Positions 48,904 to 58,221 of a DNA stretch of 64,000 nucleotides are shown piece after piece; the stretch's first letter is position 1; every line of letters begins with the position of its first letter. Location: positions 21,298-85,297 of the forward strand of contig JBBQRQ010000007.1 in assembly GCA_038214755.1 (NCBI GenBank). The letters run 5' to 3'. Source of the stretch: Verrucomicrobiota bacterium. Lineage in GTDB: Bacteria; Verrucomicrobiota; Verrucomicrobiia; Limisphaerales; CANJXF01. A program made the position numbers and the translations under genes. The notes beneath the pieces are model-generated. The model was not told where the DNA came from. It ran no database searches and saw nothing but the letters and a program-made list of their open reading frames with translations.

Positions 48904-50703
48904 ATGAGTCATTTTGTGATCTCGGTATTGGTGCTTCTGCTTCCTAGTGTGACAATGGCGATTGAAGGCGGTGATGGCAATCCTGGTCTGAAAACTCCCC
49001 AAGAGTCACTCAAACGCTGGCGATCGCTTCGCGTGGGGGCATTTATTCATTGGACTCCTTATGTCTTGGCATCAGGTCAGGCTCGCCCCGCTGAGGGATA
49101 CGATAATCTCTATAAGAGGTTCAGCCCGGAAAAGTTTGATCCCAAGGAATGGCTTCAGATATTAAAAAAAGCTGGATTCAAATACATGGTTTATACCACC
49201 AAGCATGGAGACTCCTGTTGCATGTGGGACACAAAGGAGACGGAGTACAATATCATGAATTCCCCCATGAAACGTGATGTAGTGGGGGAGCTGGTCATAG
49301 AGAGCAAGAAACAGGGCGTGGTATTCTGCCCTTATTATGCAACGCACAACGATAGCCAAAATCATCCGGATTGGACCATCGACCTAAATCCCACGACCGG
49401 ACAACCGAACTTTGCAACCAGAAAAAAAATGGGGAATCCCGCCGGGTACCATCTTCCATCGGGCTTGAAGCCTGATTTCAACCGGTACGTCAAGCATATG
49501 GACGCCCAAATGAAGGAACTCACAGAAAAGTATGGTCCATTCCTGGCTTGGTGGTATGACATGAGAGCCCCTAGCTGGACTCACGAACGTGGCACTCACC
49601 TGTATGCTTATATGAGAAGCCTTCAACCCGACGTGCTGGTCAACAATCGGGTTGATACCTGTTACGACAGAGGGCTTGATAATCCAACCTGGTTTGTGAC
49701 GGAAAGCAAATCTGCAGGAGATTATGCGGTATCGGAGATTTCTATACCTCGCTTCAATCGCGATATTCCTTTTGAATACTGCGTCAGCGCAGGACAGCAA
49801 AGTTGGTTCTGGAAACCCAACGATGTTTATCGACCTCTGAGTGAATGGATCATCGATATTGTTAATTCCGCATGCAGAGACGGGAATGTTCTGCTCGGTA
49901 TCGGGCCAATGGCTGATGGAAGATTCGAGCCGCGACTGGTGGATCAACTCAGGCAACTGGGTTCATGGCTGGAAAGTTATGGGGACAGTATTTACGGCAC
50001 ACGTGGCGGGCCATTCAAGCCGAACGCCTGGTATGGAAGCACGTGCAAGGGTAACAACGTATATGTGCATGTGTTCAAAACCGATAGCAACGCAACTTTC
50101 ACCTTACCCCCAATCGCCAGGAAAGTGCTCCGCTATCGACTGATGAATGGTGGCGCACTCGATGTTAGGCAAACGGACAAAAACATCACGGTGACAATAG
50201 GCAAATATGACATTCAGCCGACCGATACGATTGTAGTTCTTGAACTGGATGGATCAGCCGAAGAAATTGCTCCCGTTGAAGAAAGAATACTTACCGCGGG
50301 CGCAAATGTCTCCGCCTCTAGCGTCCGTGAAAACAAAAAAGAATACCGTCCGGAGCTGACAGTAGACGAAAATCGCGCTTCATACTGGACCACGGATGAG
50401 AGTTTAACAGAGGGTTGGCTCGAATATGACCTGGGCAAACCATGCACTTTTTCCCGCGCTATTCTCGATGAAGGAGACGACGGATGGATACGACACGTTC
50501 AGATTCAGACTAAAGTCGGCAATGAGTGGAAGAACGCCTTTGAATACCGTCACGGAAATCCGGAACTTTGGAAGAAAATACCAATGGAACTTTTCTGCCC
50601 CGAATTCAAATTCCCCCCGGTAACGGCTCAGATCGTGAGGGTGAAAATAATATCGGCCATCCAAAGTCCGATAGTTCGCGAATTCAAGCTCTACGAAAGG
50701 TGA
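48904..50703 (+). CDS. Alpha-L-fucosidase (GH29) with C-terminal discoidin module
   Basis: GAFIHW, F.PEKFDP.EW, AGFKY...TTKHGD, WWYD nucleophile, GN.LL.IGP..DG, IYGTRGGP; start placed at MSHFVISV. Confidence 0.9.
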   Translation: MSHFVISVLVLLLPSVTMAIEGGDGNPGLKTPQESLKRWRSLRVGAFIHWTPYVLASGQARPAEGYDNLYKRFSPEKFDPKEWLQILKKAGFKYMVYTTKHGDSCCMWDTKETEYNIMNSPMKRDVVGELVIESKKQGVVFCPYYATHNDSQNHPDWTIDLNPTTGQPNFATRKKMGNPAGYHLPSGLKPDFNRYVKHMDAQMKELTEKYGPFLAWWYDMRAPSWTHERGTHLYAYMRSLQPDVLVNNRVDTCYDRGLDNPTWFVTESKSAGDYAVSEISIPRFNRDIPFEYCVSAGQQSWFWKPNDVYRPLSEWIIDIVNSACRDGNVLLGIGPMADGRFEPRLVDQLRQLGSWLESYGDSIYGTRGGPFKPNAWYGSTCKGNNVYVHVFKTDSNATFTLPPIARKVLRYRLMNGGALDVRQTDKNITVTIGKYDIQPTDTIVVLELDGSAEEIAPVEERILTAGANVSASSVRENKKEYRPELTVDENRASYWTTDESLTEGWLEYDLGKPCTFSRAILDEGDDGWIRHVQIQTKVGNEWKNAFEYRHGNPELWKKIPMELFCPEFKFPPVTAQIVRVKIISAIQSPIVREFKLYER

Positions 50704-50771
50704 TATGGAGAAATCTTCCCAGTTTTTTAAAGGTGGTCGGGTTATCTGCTTTGGGAAAGATACGACTGCCC

Positions 50772-50814
50772 CCCCCGTACGGGGGATACCACCTGTCTGC
50801 CAACTCTCTAAACT
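50772..50814 (+). promoter_or_regulatory. Palindromic activator site CCCCCGTACGGGGG plus -10 TAAACT
   Basis: Same palindrome and the same 37-nt offset to the -10 as at 43241. Confidence 0.7.
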
Positions 50815-50854
50815 GCTATCAAATCCCGATGATCACATTAACAACGGCCGAACT

Positions 50855-52780
50855 ATGAATAGACAAACAAGAACACCAAGATTAATCAACTCCGTCCGCA
50901 CCCACGCTGCGGCGTTCGCAATGATGGGAGTCGTTGCCGCAACCTTGCTCAACAGTTCCGCGCAGGCGCAACTCATCGTTATTCCCAAAAACATCGAATC
51001 TTTTACTTCCTTCTTCGGCAATCGAACCCCTACGAATTTAATTAACGGTTCGGGCCTTACTGCCGGGGCATCAGGAATCCTAGGGGCGGCAGACTCCACC
51101 CATAGCAATAATGAGGCTCAGATGTGGTATTCGTCTCCGTTCCTCACTCCTCCCGACACGACCCCCATCGTGACCTTGAACCTGGGAGGGGTTTACGACC
51201 TGCAAACCACGCGCCTCTGGCAGTATAATCAACCTGGGGGCTTCACCGTGTACGGGGCCGCTGAGATTGAGTTGTCTGTTTCGACCGACAACACGAACTT
51301 TACGGCATTATCGCCTACTCTGTTCCCGACCAGAGCCGGCGGAACCAATGGCGAGCCGGCGCAGGATTTCAGCACACCCCGTACAGGAGTTCGCTATGTG
51401 CGTCTCCAGATTTTCACAACTTTCGGCGGGGCTCAAGCAACTGGGCTTTCGGAAGTCCGGTTCGTGGTGGCTTCAAACACGGCACCCCCAGTCATTACAA
51501 GTCAACCGACAAACCAGACCGTTGCTATCGGCGGAACAGCGACGTTCACGGTGAGGGCGACGGGACCCACGCCGATCAGCTATCAGTGGAGGCAAAATGG
51601 TACGAATTTGACCAATGGCGGCAACATTTCCGGCGCTACATCCAGCAATTTGGTGGTGAACAGCGTCAGCCTCGCCTCCGAGGGCAACTACAATGTGGTG
51701 CTTACCAACATAAACGGTTCAGTGACGAGTTCAAGTGCGGTCCTCGCGCTCGCGGGCCCCATCATCACGCAACAGCCGCAAAACTCGACCAACGTCGTTG
51801 GCCAAACCGCGAGCTTCATTGTCACGGCGACCGACGCTTTGGGAAACCCGGCTACTCTGACGTTTCAGTGGAGTAAGAACGGAACCAATCTGGTCAATGG
51901 CGGCAATATCTCTGGGGTTACTACTACTAACTTGGTTGTGAGCAACCTGAGTACGAACGACGCCGCAGGCTATCGCGTTCTGGTGACCGATAACCTCGGC
52001 AAGGTCCTACTGAGCAGGAACGCCATCCTCATCGTTGCTCAACTTCCCACTGTTGGTGTGACTGTGATCAATCAGCCCATCCTTGCTCCCACCATCCAGT
52101 CTGTTACTTCCTTCTTCGGCCCTCGTCCGCCGGTGAACATGGTTAACAACTCCGGCCTTACGGCCGGGCCATCGGGAGTCCTGGGGGCGGCAGACTCCAC
52201 GCATAGCAATAATGACAGTGAGATGTGGTATTCGGATCCGTTCCTCACTCCCCCCGATACCACCCCTATTGTGGTCTTTAACCTGGGAGGGGTTTACGAC
52301 CTGAAAACGACTCGCCTCTGGCAGTATAATCAAGCGGGTGGCTTCACCGTGTACGGAGCCGCTGAGATTGAGTTGTCCTTTTCGAGCGACAACACGAACT
52401 TCACCACGTTATCCCCTACTCTTTTCCCGGCCAGAGCCGGAGGAACCAATGGCGAGCCGGCGCAGGATTTCAGCACACCAGGCACGGGAGTTAGGTATGT
52501 TCGCCTCCAAATTTTCACGACTTTCGGCGGTGCTCAAGCGACCGGGCTTTCAGAAGTTCGATTCGTCGCATCTGGAAGCAAAGCGGCGATCTCTTTGAAC
52601 AAGGGTGTCCTAGGCTTGCACTATCGCGTGGAGTATCGCAACTCACTTAACCCGGCTAACTCGTGGCAATTGCTCCAGGATATTCCGACTCTGAGTAGCA
52701 CTCCGCTTTTGGTTAGTGACCCGGCTTCGGTCGGGGCGCAGGCGCAACGATACTATCGCGCGGTACTTGTTCTTCCCTAA
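50855..52780 (+). CDS. Secreted non-catalytic protein: discoidin-like - Ig - Ig - discoidin-like - C-terminal domain
   Basis: Signal ending SSAQAQ; two near-identical NGSGL...MW...LGGVYDL domains; two PVITSQP...YQW..NG Ig domains; start at MNRQ (50855). Confidence 0.85.
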   Translation: MNRQTRTPRLINSVRTHAAAFAMMGVVAATLLNSSAQAQLIVIPKNIESFTSFFGNRTPTNLINGSGLTAGASGILGAADSTHSNNEAQMWYSSPFLTPPDTTPIVTLNLGGVYDLQTTRLWQYNQPGGFTVYGAAEIELSVSTDNTNFTALSPTLFPTRAGGTNGEPAQDFSTPRTGVRYVRLQIFTTFGGAQATGLSEVRFVVASNTAPPVITSQPTNQTVAIGGTATFTVRATGPTPISYQWRQNGTNLTNGGNISGATSSNLVVNSVSLASEGNYNVVLTNINGSVTSSSAVLALAGPIITQQPQNSTNVVGQTASFIVTATDALGNPATLTFQWSKNGTNLVNGGNISGVTTTNLVVSNLSTNDAAGYRVLVTDNLGKVLLSRNAILIVAQLPTVGVTVINQPILAPTIQSVTSFFGPRPPVNMVNNSGLTAGPSGVLGAADSTHSNNDSEMWYSDPFLTPPDTTPIVVFNLGGVYDLKTTRLWQYNQAGGFTVYGAAEIELSFSSDNTNFTTLSPTLFPARAGGTNGEPAQDFSTPGTGVRYVRLQIFTTFGGAQATGLSEVRFVASGSKAAISLNKGVLGLHYRVEYRNSLNPANSWQLLQDIPTLSSTPLLVSDPASVGAQAQRYYRAVLVLP

Positions 52781-52803
52781 CCCAAGTTGAACTGATACGG
52801 TTC

Positions 52804-53664
52804 ATGGTTATGCAATGGCCAAGAACTCTTCGCTCTCCCGCATCGCATCCGATGCGGAGAGCTTTTACCTTGATTGAATTGCTTGTGGTCATCGCGATCA
52901 TCGCCATACTGGCCGGCCTTTTGTTGCCCGCATTGAGTCGGACGAAGCTCAAAGCGACTGGGGCTGCTTGTTTGAACAACCAAAAGCAATTGCTCCTGGC
53001 ATCTTTGATGTATAGCAACGACAACCAAGATGGGATTATTCCCAGTCAATTCTTCGTGGGAGGAAGCCTTCTGAGCATGATCGGGGGCGGCTACTGGGCA
53101 GGGCCAACACCGCCCGTTCGGGCCGGTCTCTCTGAGGCCGATGCGTTGATCCGGGTGGCGAAAGGAGTTAGCCTGTCGCCGCTCGCTGATTACAAAGTGG
53201 CCATCGGTTCCTACCATTGTCCAGGCGATGTGCGAAATAAGAACCCGATGGGCAGCGGCTGGGCTTGGGACAGTTACTCAAAAGTCGATCCTATGAACGG
53301 CTTTGGTTGGAATGGTACGGTATTTACCAAACAATCTCAGGTTCCACAGCCAGCCAACTCCTTCCTGTTTATCGAGGAAGCAGATGGGCGCAACGGATGC
53401 AACCAGAATACATGGGTGCTCAATACAAGGCCAACAGGATGGGTTGATGTATTCGCCATTTTCCACGGTACTTGGAGCACCTTTGGCTACATCGACGGAC
53501 ACGCCGATGGCCACAAATGGAAGGACCCGAAGACAATCAAAGCCGCGCAAGATTCTGCCAAAGGCATCGACAGTATCTACTGGTCAGGCGGCGACAAAAA
53601 CAATCCCGACTATGTGTGGGTATATGACCGCTACCGTCATCCAAGTTGGCAACCGTTGCCATAA
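52804..53664 (+). CDS. Prepilin-type N-terminal cleavage/methylation protein (H-X9-DG), paralog 1
   Basis: [44 protein letters not shown]. Confidence 0.92.
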   Translation: MVMQWPRTLRSPASHPMRRAFTLIELLVVIAIIAILAGLLLPALSRTKLKATGAACLNNQKQLLLASLMYSNDNQDGIIPSQFFVGGSLLSMIGGGYWAGPTPPVRAGLSEADALIRVAKGVSLSPLADYKVAIGSYHCPGDVRNKNPMGSGWAWDSYSKVDPMNGFGWNGTVFTKQSQVPQPANSFLFIEEADGRNGCNQNTWVLNTRPTGWVDVFAIFHGTWSTFGYIDGHADGHKWKDPKTIKAAQDSAKGIDSIYWSGGDKNNPDYVWVYDRYRHPSWQPLP

Positions 53665-53697
53665 TTTGGTTTGGCACGACTGATACTAATTATAATT

Positions 53698-54552
53698 ATG
53701 AAATGGCGACCGACTATTAGCATTTCCGCATCTTGCCGGGCGCGGAGAGCGTTTACCTTGATCGAGCTTCTGGTGGTCATCGCTATCATTGCGATCCTGG
53801 CGGGGCTGTTGCTGCCGGCATTGAGTCGGTCGAAACTCAAAGCGACCGGCGCTGCCTGTCTGAACAACCAAAAGCAATTGCTCTTGGCATCTTTGATGTA
53901 CAGCAGCGACAACCAGGATTCGATTATTCCTAGTGATTTCTTCGTGGATGGAAAAATCGAGTCAATGATCGGGGGCGGCTTCTGGAAAGGGCCAACACCG
54001 GCTCTTCGGGCTGGCCTTACTGAGGCCGAGGCCTTGAATCGAGTGGCAACTGGAGTTCGCATGTCGCCTCTCGCCAGCTATAACATCGCCGTCGGTTCTT
54101 ACCATTGTCCCGGCGATGTTCGCACCCGGAACCCGATGGGTAGCGGCTGGACTTGGGACAGTTACTCAAAAGCTGATCCTATGAACGGCGGTGGTTGGAA
54201 CGGGGCGGTATTTAAGAAAGTCTCTGCGGTACCACAGCCCGTTAGCTCCTTCTTGTTCATTGAAGAAGCGGATGCGCGCACCGGGTACAACGTTGGTCCC
54301 TGGGTACTGGAAACAAAACCACCGGGCTGGATTGATGTATTCGCTATTTTCCATGGCACTTGGAGCACCTTTGGCTACATCGACGGACACGCTGCGGGCC
54401 ACAAGTGGACGGACCCGAAAACAATCAAAGCCGCGCAAGACGCAGCCAGCGGAATCTATAGTATCTTCTGGCAAGGCGGAAACAAGAGCAACCCTGATTT
54501 CGTATGGGTTTGGAACGGCTATCGGACTCCAGATTGGCAACCCCTACCTTAA
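53698..54552 (+). CDS. Prepilin-type N-terminal cleavage/methylation protein (H-X9-DG), paralog 2
   Basis: Same motifs and colinear with paralog 1; start at MKWRP. Confidence 0.92.
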   Translation: MKWRPTISISASCRARRAFTLIELLVVIAIIAILAGLLLPALSRSKLKATGAACLNNQKQLLLASLMYSSDNQDSIIPSDFFVDGKIESMIGGGFWKGPTPALRAGLTEAEALNRVATGVRMSPLASYNIAVGSYHCPGDVRTRNPMGSGWTWDSYSKADPMNGGGWNGAVFKKVSAVPQPVSSFLFIEEADARTGYNVGPWVLETKPPGWIDVFAIFHGTWSTFGYIDGHAAGHKWTDPKTIKAAQDAASGIYSIFWQGGNKSNPDFVWVWNGYRTPDWQPLP

Positions 54553-54857
54553 TTGAGGTGTTGTATTTTATCCTGAGTGAATCCTCAGCAAGCTGCGCCA
54601 TTACCCGCGACGCTCGCTCTATCCCGCCGAAGAAAGGTCGGTCGTCCCGGTACCGTTCGAGCCGCAGGGCAAAATACGTTTGGACAACTACGGAACGTAA
54701 CGCCGGAGTGCTGTCGTGGTTACGCCACTCCAAAAGGCCGTCGTCGCCTCGCACGAGATGTTCGCCAGCAGCCTTGGGAGGGCCAGTTGGCCGAAGGACT
54801 ATTCGAGAGAGCGCCAATATATCGGGTCACAAGAGCCAATGTATCGCTTAGAATAAT

Positions 54858-57800
54858 ATGAAAAGACATTCCATCTTCCTCGCCGTGCTCGTTTTGCTTG
54901 GAACGGCACTTTATCCCGCCGTCGCCGCTGAACAGCTTTTACGTGTCGGATGCGAGGCCTTCACCTTCCACCGCTTTACGGTTTTCGAGGCTATCGAAAA
55001 AACCGCACAGGCGAGTGGCAACATGATCGAGTTTTTTGCAGGGCAACTCTTGAGCCCGGACGACAAAATGGCCATGAGCCACACTCTCTCCGATGCTCAA
55101 CTGACTGCGCTCAAAAGGCACCTTGAAAAAAACGGTGTAGAAGCCGTCAGCTACTACACCGACATTTCTCCAGACGAGTCAGTAGCTCGGCCAGTATTCG
55201 AGTTCGCGCGAAAACTCGGCCTTAAATCGCTGACCACTGAGTCCGACGGGGCCATAGATACGATCGAGAAGCTCGCAAAGGAATTTGACCTGCGAGTCGG
55301 TTTTCACGGACATATGAAGGACACCAACAAACCTGCCTACAAGCTATGGAACCCGCAATACGTCCGCGACCTTGTCAAAGGCCGCGACCGCCGCATCGGC
55401 GCGTGCGCTGACACCGGCCACTGGGCATCGTCAGGCTTCGTGCCCATGGAAGCTTTGAAGATGCTCGACGGACGTATCGTCAACGTGCATCTCAAGGATC
55501 GACCCGTAATCGGCAAACCTAACCATGATGTCATCTATGGAACCGGTGTGAGCGACATCGCGGGACTCTTGACCGAACTGCGCCGACAGAAGTTCGATGG
55601 CACCATCTTCGTCGAATACGAGAATAAGTTTGAAGACAACGTGGAAGACGTAAAGCAGTGTCTCGAGTTCGTGCGTGATCGCCGAGACTACTCGCTCACC
55701 GATTCGGAGTTGAAGCTCGTCAAAATTGATTCGGACGCGAAAGAATCCTTTCTTGGTCTCGCTGTCGATGGCATGGGCCGTATTTTCGCGGGCGGGCGTG
55801 AAGCGCTGTTTGTCTATGAGCCGGACGCCAAAGGTTTCTATCAACCTCGTAAGGAATTGTACCGGTTCCAAAAGGACGCGTGGATTTACGACATTGCTGT
55901 ACGCGGACGCGATCTCTACATACTCACCGTGGGCGCGCTCTACGTCCTGCGCGATGGCGCAATCAAACGCGAAGATCTTCAACCGGAGCGGCTCATGTGG
56001 GGCATGCCAGTGGCGCATATCCACCAAGGGCTGCACGGTATGGCCTTCGGTCCTGACGGCGATCTTTACATTTCCCAAGGCGACCAACTTTGGTATTACG
56101 GCGACTTTAAGCAGCGGCCGGACCATTGGGGTCATTGGACGATTTACCACGGACCTGACAATACGCCAACGCCCTACACCGGGGCTGGCGGCGTATTGCG
56201 TCTCAGTCCGGACGGAAAACATCTCGCCGTTCTTGCTAACGGTACGCGTAACGACTGCGGCCTCGCCTTTGACATGCATTGGAATCTCTTTGGCACCGAC
56301 AACGACCACGAGTCCGAGCCGACAGATTATGTACCGGGACGCATGCTGCACATTACGCCCCATGCCTATTTCAATTGGCCACGCGGATGGATGCCGGAAA
56401 AGCAGCCGTGGCGTTCGGACCTGCTTGAAACAATGACGCCGAACCTCGGACGCTATGTGCCCGTTGGGATGTGCTATTACAATGATGATTTGCTCCCGGA
56501 GAAATACCGCCACTCTCTTTACGTTGCACGCTGGGGTGTAAGAACAATTCCGCGCTATCCGCTCCGGCTTTCGGGGGACACCTTCAAGACTGATGAGCAA
56601 TCTTTTCTCGTCGGCACGAATGACGCCCGCCCTGTCAACATTACGGTCGGACGAGGGGGACGCCTCTTTGCTGCCATCTGCTACATGGCTCATAATGAAG
56701 AGTCGCCGGTCTATCGCAGCGATCTAGTCATGATAACTACCGCCCACGACGCAGCGAATTCGCCGTTCCGCGCCTTCGACGAAACGCAGGCTACACAGAA
56801 GCAGTTGATGGAGGAACTGGACGCGACGGCGTGGAGTCGTCGTTCGCGCGCTCATTTAGAACTGACACGACGCGGCGCGGACAGTTCGAGGGCGGCAGCC
56901 GCCAAACTGGATAATCTCGGCGCGAAGGCCGTCGCCACGTCTCACCTTATCTGGCTCGCGGCGGCCGATGCGCGCGTTGCCACGCGCTCGAAACTTGCCG
57001 CCCTCGCACATCATACAGAGACGGACGTTAGGTTGACCGCCGTCCGCGCCTTGGCGCGTTTCGGCGCAGGTGAAAAATCGCGCGACATTTTCCTCGCTGC
57101 ATTAAAAAACAGCGACCCGCACATCCGCCACGCCGCGCTGATTGGCTTTTTCGACCAGACGAAAGAATCGCCTTCCGAGGAAGTCATTGGGGCCACCTGT
57201 GAGGACGAAACCTACATCCGGCAAACTGCCGCGTTCCTGCTCGCACGCCGCGCCAGCGTTCAGCAGCTTTTGGCGCTCTGTGAAGACTCCGACGCGAATC
57301 GTCGACGCGCCGGCGTGCTCGCGGTTGGTTTCCGCCTCACAGTGCCGGAGTTCGACAAAAATCCAGAAAAAACCGTGCCGCTTGACCCTGGAATGAAGCA
57401 CGCCTATACTGTCACTTACGCGGGCGGTGTTCAAGAAGACCTTCGCGCCAAGGGGCCGATGGGGAACTTCACCGAGGCGGATGCTTGGGCTAAGCGAGCC
57501 AAGACCGTAGAGGACGAAACCCTTTTCACTCTGCTCGAACGGCGCCTGCACGATGCGAACGAGAACATCGCTAAACAAGCCGCTTTCTTCCTTCGTCTGC
57601 TGAAGGACGAGCGCAGTGACAAACTGGCCGCTACAGTGCTCGGCCTGCATGAGCCTACTGCGCCGCAAGGCAGCGCACTGACCAACGCGACTACCACCGG
57701 CGCAACTGAATTGCCGGAAGCCTTCCGCCACTTTGACTGGACGAAGGAAGTTGCGCAGAGTGACGTTAAGAAAGGCCAGGAACTTTTTAACACCCGTGGC

Positions 57801-58178
57801 TGCGCGGTCTGCCATTCCACCAAGGTTGGCGACCAAGGCAGCGGCGGTCCCACTCTCATCGGGGCGGGCAGCCGGTTTACCGTGTCTTATTTCGTCGAGT
57901 CCATCATCACGCCGAACAAAACCATCTCACCCATTTTCCGCTGGACTCTCTTGAGATTAAAAGATGGCGAAGAACTCGCTGGCCTCATCACGAGTGAAAC
58001 CGGCAATGAAGTTGAAGTACTGCTCCCTGCCGCCGTTCGTCGTTCCGTGAAAAAAAACGATATTGTTTCCAGAGAACTACAAAACCGTTCGCCCATGCCG
58101 GAGGGTATTATCCAAACTCCTGCCGAATTGCGCGACCTCATCGCCTTCCTCCTGGCGCAAAAGGAGGCGGCGAAGTAG
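54858..58178 (+). CDS. Sugar-phosphate isomerase/epimerase TIM barrel fused to a PVC-type dehydrogenase propeller, HEAT and cytochrome c
   Basis: CADTGHW, HLKD, EYE; HGMAFGPDG.LY, G.RN..G, TDND; CAVCH; SPMPEG. Confidence 0.87.
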   Translation: MKRHSIFLAVLVLLGTALYPAVAAEQLLRVGCEAFTFHRFTVFEAIEKTAQASGNMIEFFAGQLLSPDDKMAMSHTLSDAQLTALKRHLEKNGVEAVSYYTDISPDESVARPVFEFARKLGLKSLTTESDGAIDTIEKLAKEFDLRVGFHGHMKDTNKPAYKLWNPQYVRDLVKGRDRRIGACADTGHWASSGFVPMEALKMLDGRIVNVHLKDRPVIGKPNHDVIYGTGVSDIAGLLTELRRQKFDGTIFVEYENKFEDNVEDVKQCLEFVRDRRDYSLTDSELKLVKIDSDAKESFLGLAVDGMGRIFAGGREALFVYEPDAKGFYQPRKELYRFQKDAWIYDIAVRGRDLYILTVGALYVLRDGAIKREDLQPERLMWGMPVAHIHQGLHGMAFGPDGDLYISQGDQLWYYGDFKQRPDHWGHWTIYHGPDNTPTPYTGAGGVLRLSPDGKHLAVLANGTRNDCGLAFDMHWNLFGTDNDHESEPTDYVPGRMLHITPHAYFNWPRGWMPEKQPWRSDLLETMTPNLGRYVPVGMCYYNDDLLPEKYRHSLYVARWGVRTIPRYPLRLSGDTFKTDEQSFLVGTNDARPVNITVGRGGRLFAAICYMAHNEESPVYRSDLVMITTAHDAANSPFRAFDETQATQKQLMEELDATAWSRRSRAHLELTRRGADSSRAAAAKLDNLGAKAVATSHLIWLAAADARVATRSKLAALAHHTETDVRLTAVRALARFGAGEKSRDIFLAALKNSDPHIRHAALIGFFDQTKESPSEEVIGATCEDETYIRQTAAFLLARRASVQQLLALCEDSDANRRRAGVLAVGFRLTVPEFDKNPEKTVPLDPGMKHAYTVTYAGGVQEDLRAKGPMGNFTEADAWAKRAKTVEDETLFTLLERRLHDANENIAKQAAFFLRLLKDERSDKLAATVLGLHEPTAPQGSALTNATTTGATELPEAFRHFDWTKEVAQSDVKKGQELFNTRGCAVCHSTKVGDQGSGGPTLIGAGSRFTVSYFVESIITPNKTISPIFRWTLLRLKDGEELAGLITSETGNEVEVLLPAAVRRSVKKNDIVSRELQNRSPMPEGIIQTPAELRDLIAFLLAQKEAAK

Positions 58179-58221
58179 AAAGGTGGACATTTTTTTCATT
58201 GATTCATAAAATGATATTGTT

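Noticed and set aside
43398..52567. Diversity-generating retroelement (TR/VR) explanation for the four repeats
   Set aside because: No reverse transcriptase in the window, all copies are coding, and the differences do not look adenine-specific.
54553..54857. Short ORFs between prepilin paralog 2 and the epimerase fusion
   Set aside because: No recognisable motif in any frame; may be a decayed gene but cannot be supported.
55431..56693. 420-aa antisense ORF, and similar long antisense ORFs in GC-rich genes
   Set aside because: They lie opposite well-supported genes and are typical codon-bias shadows.
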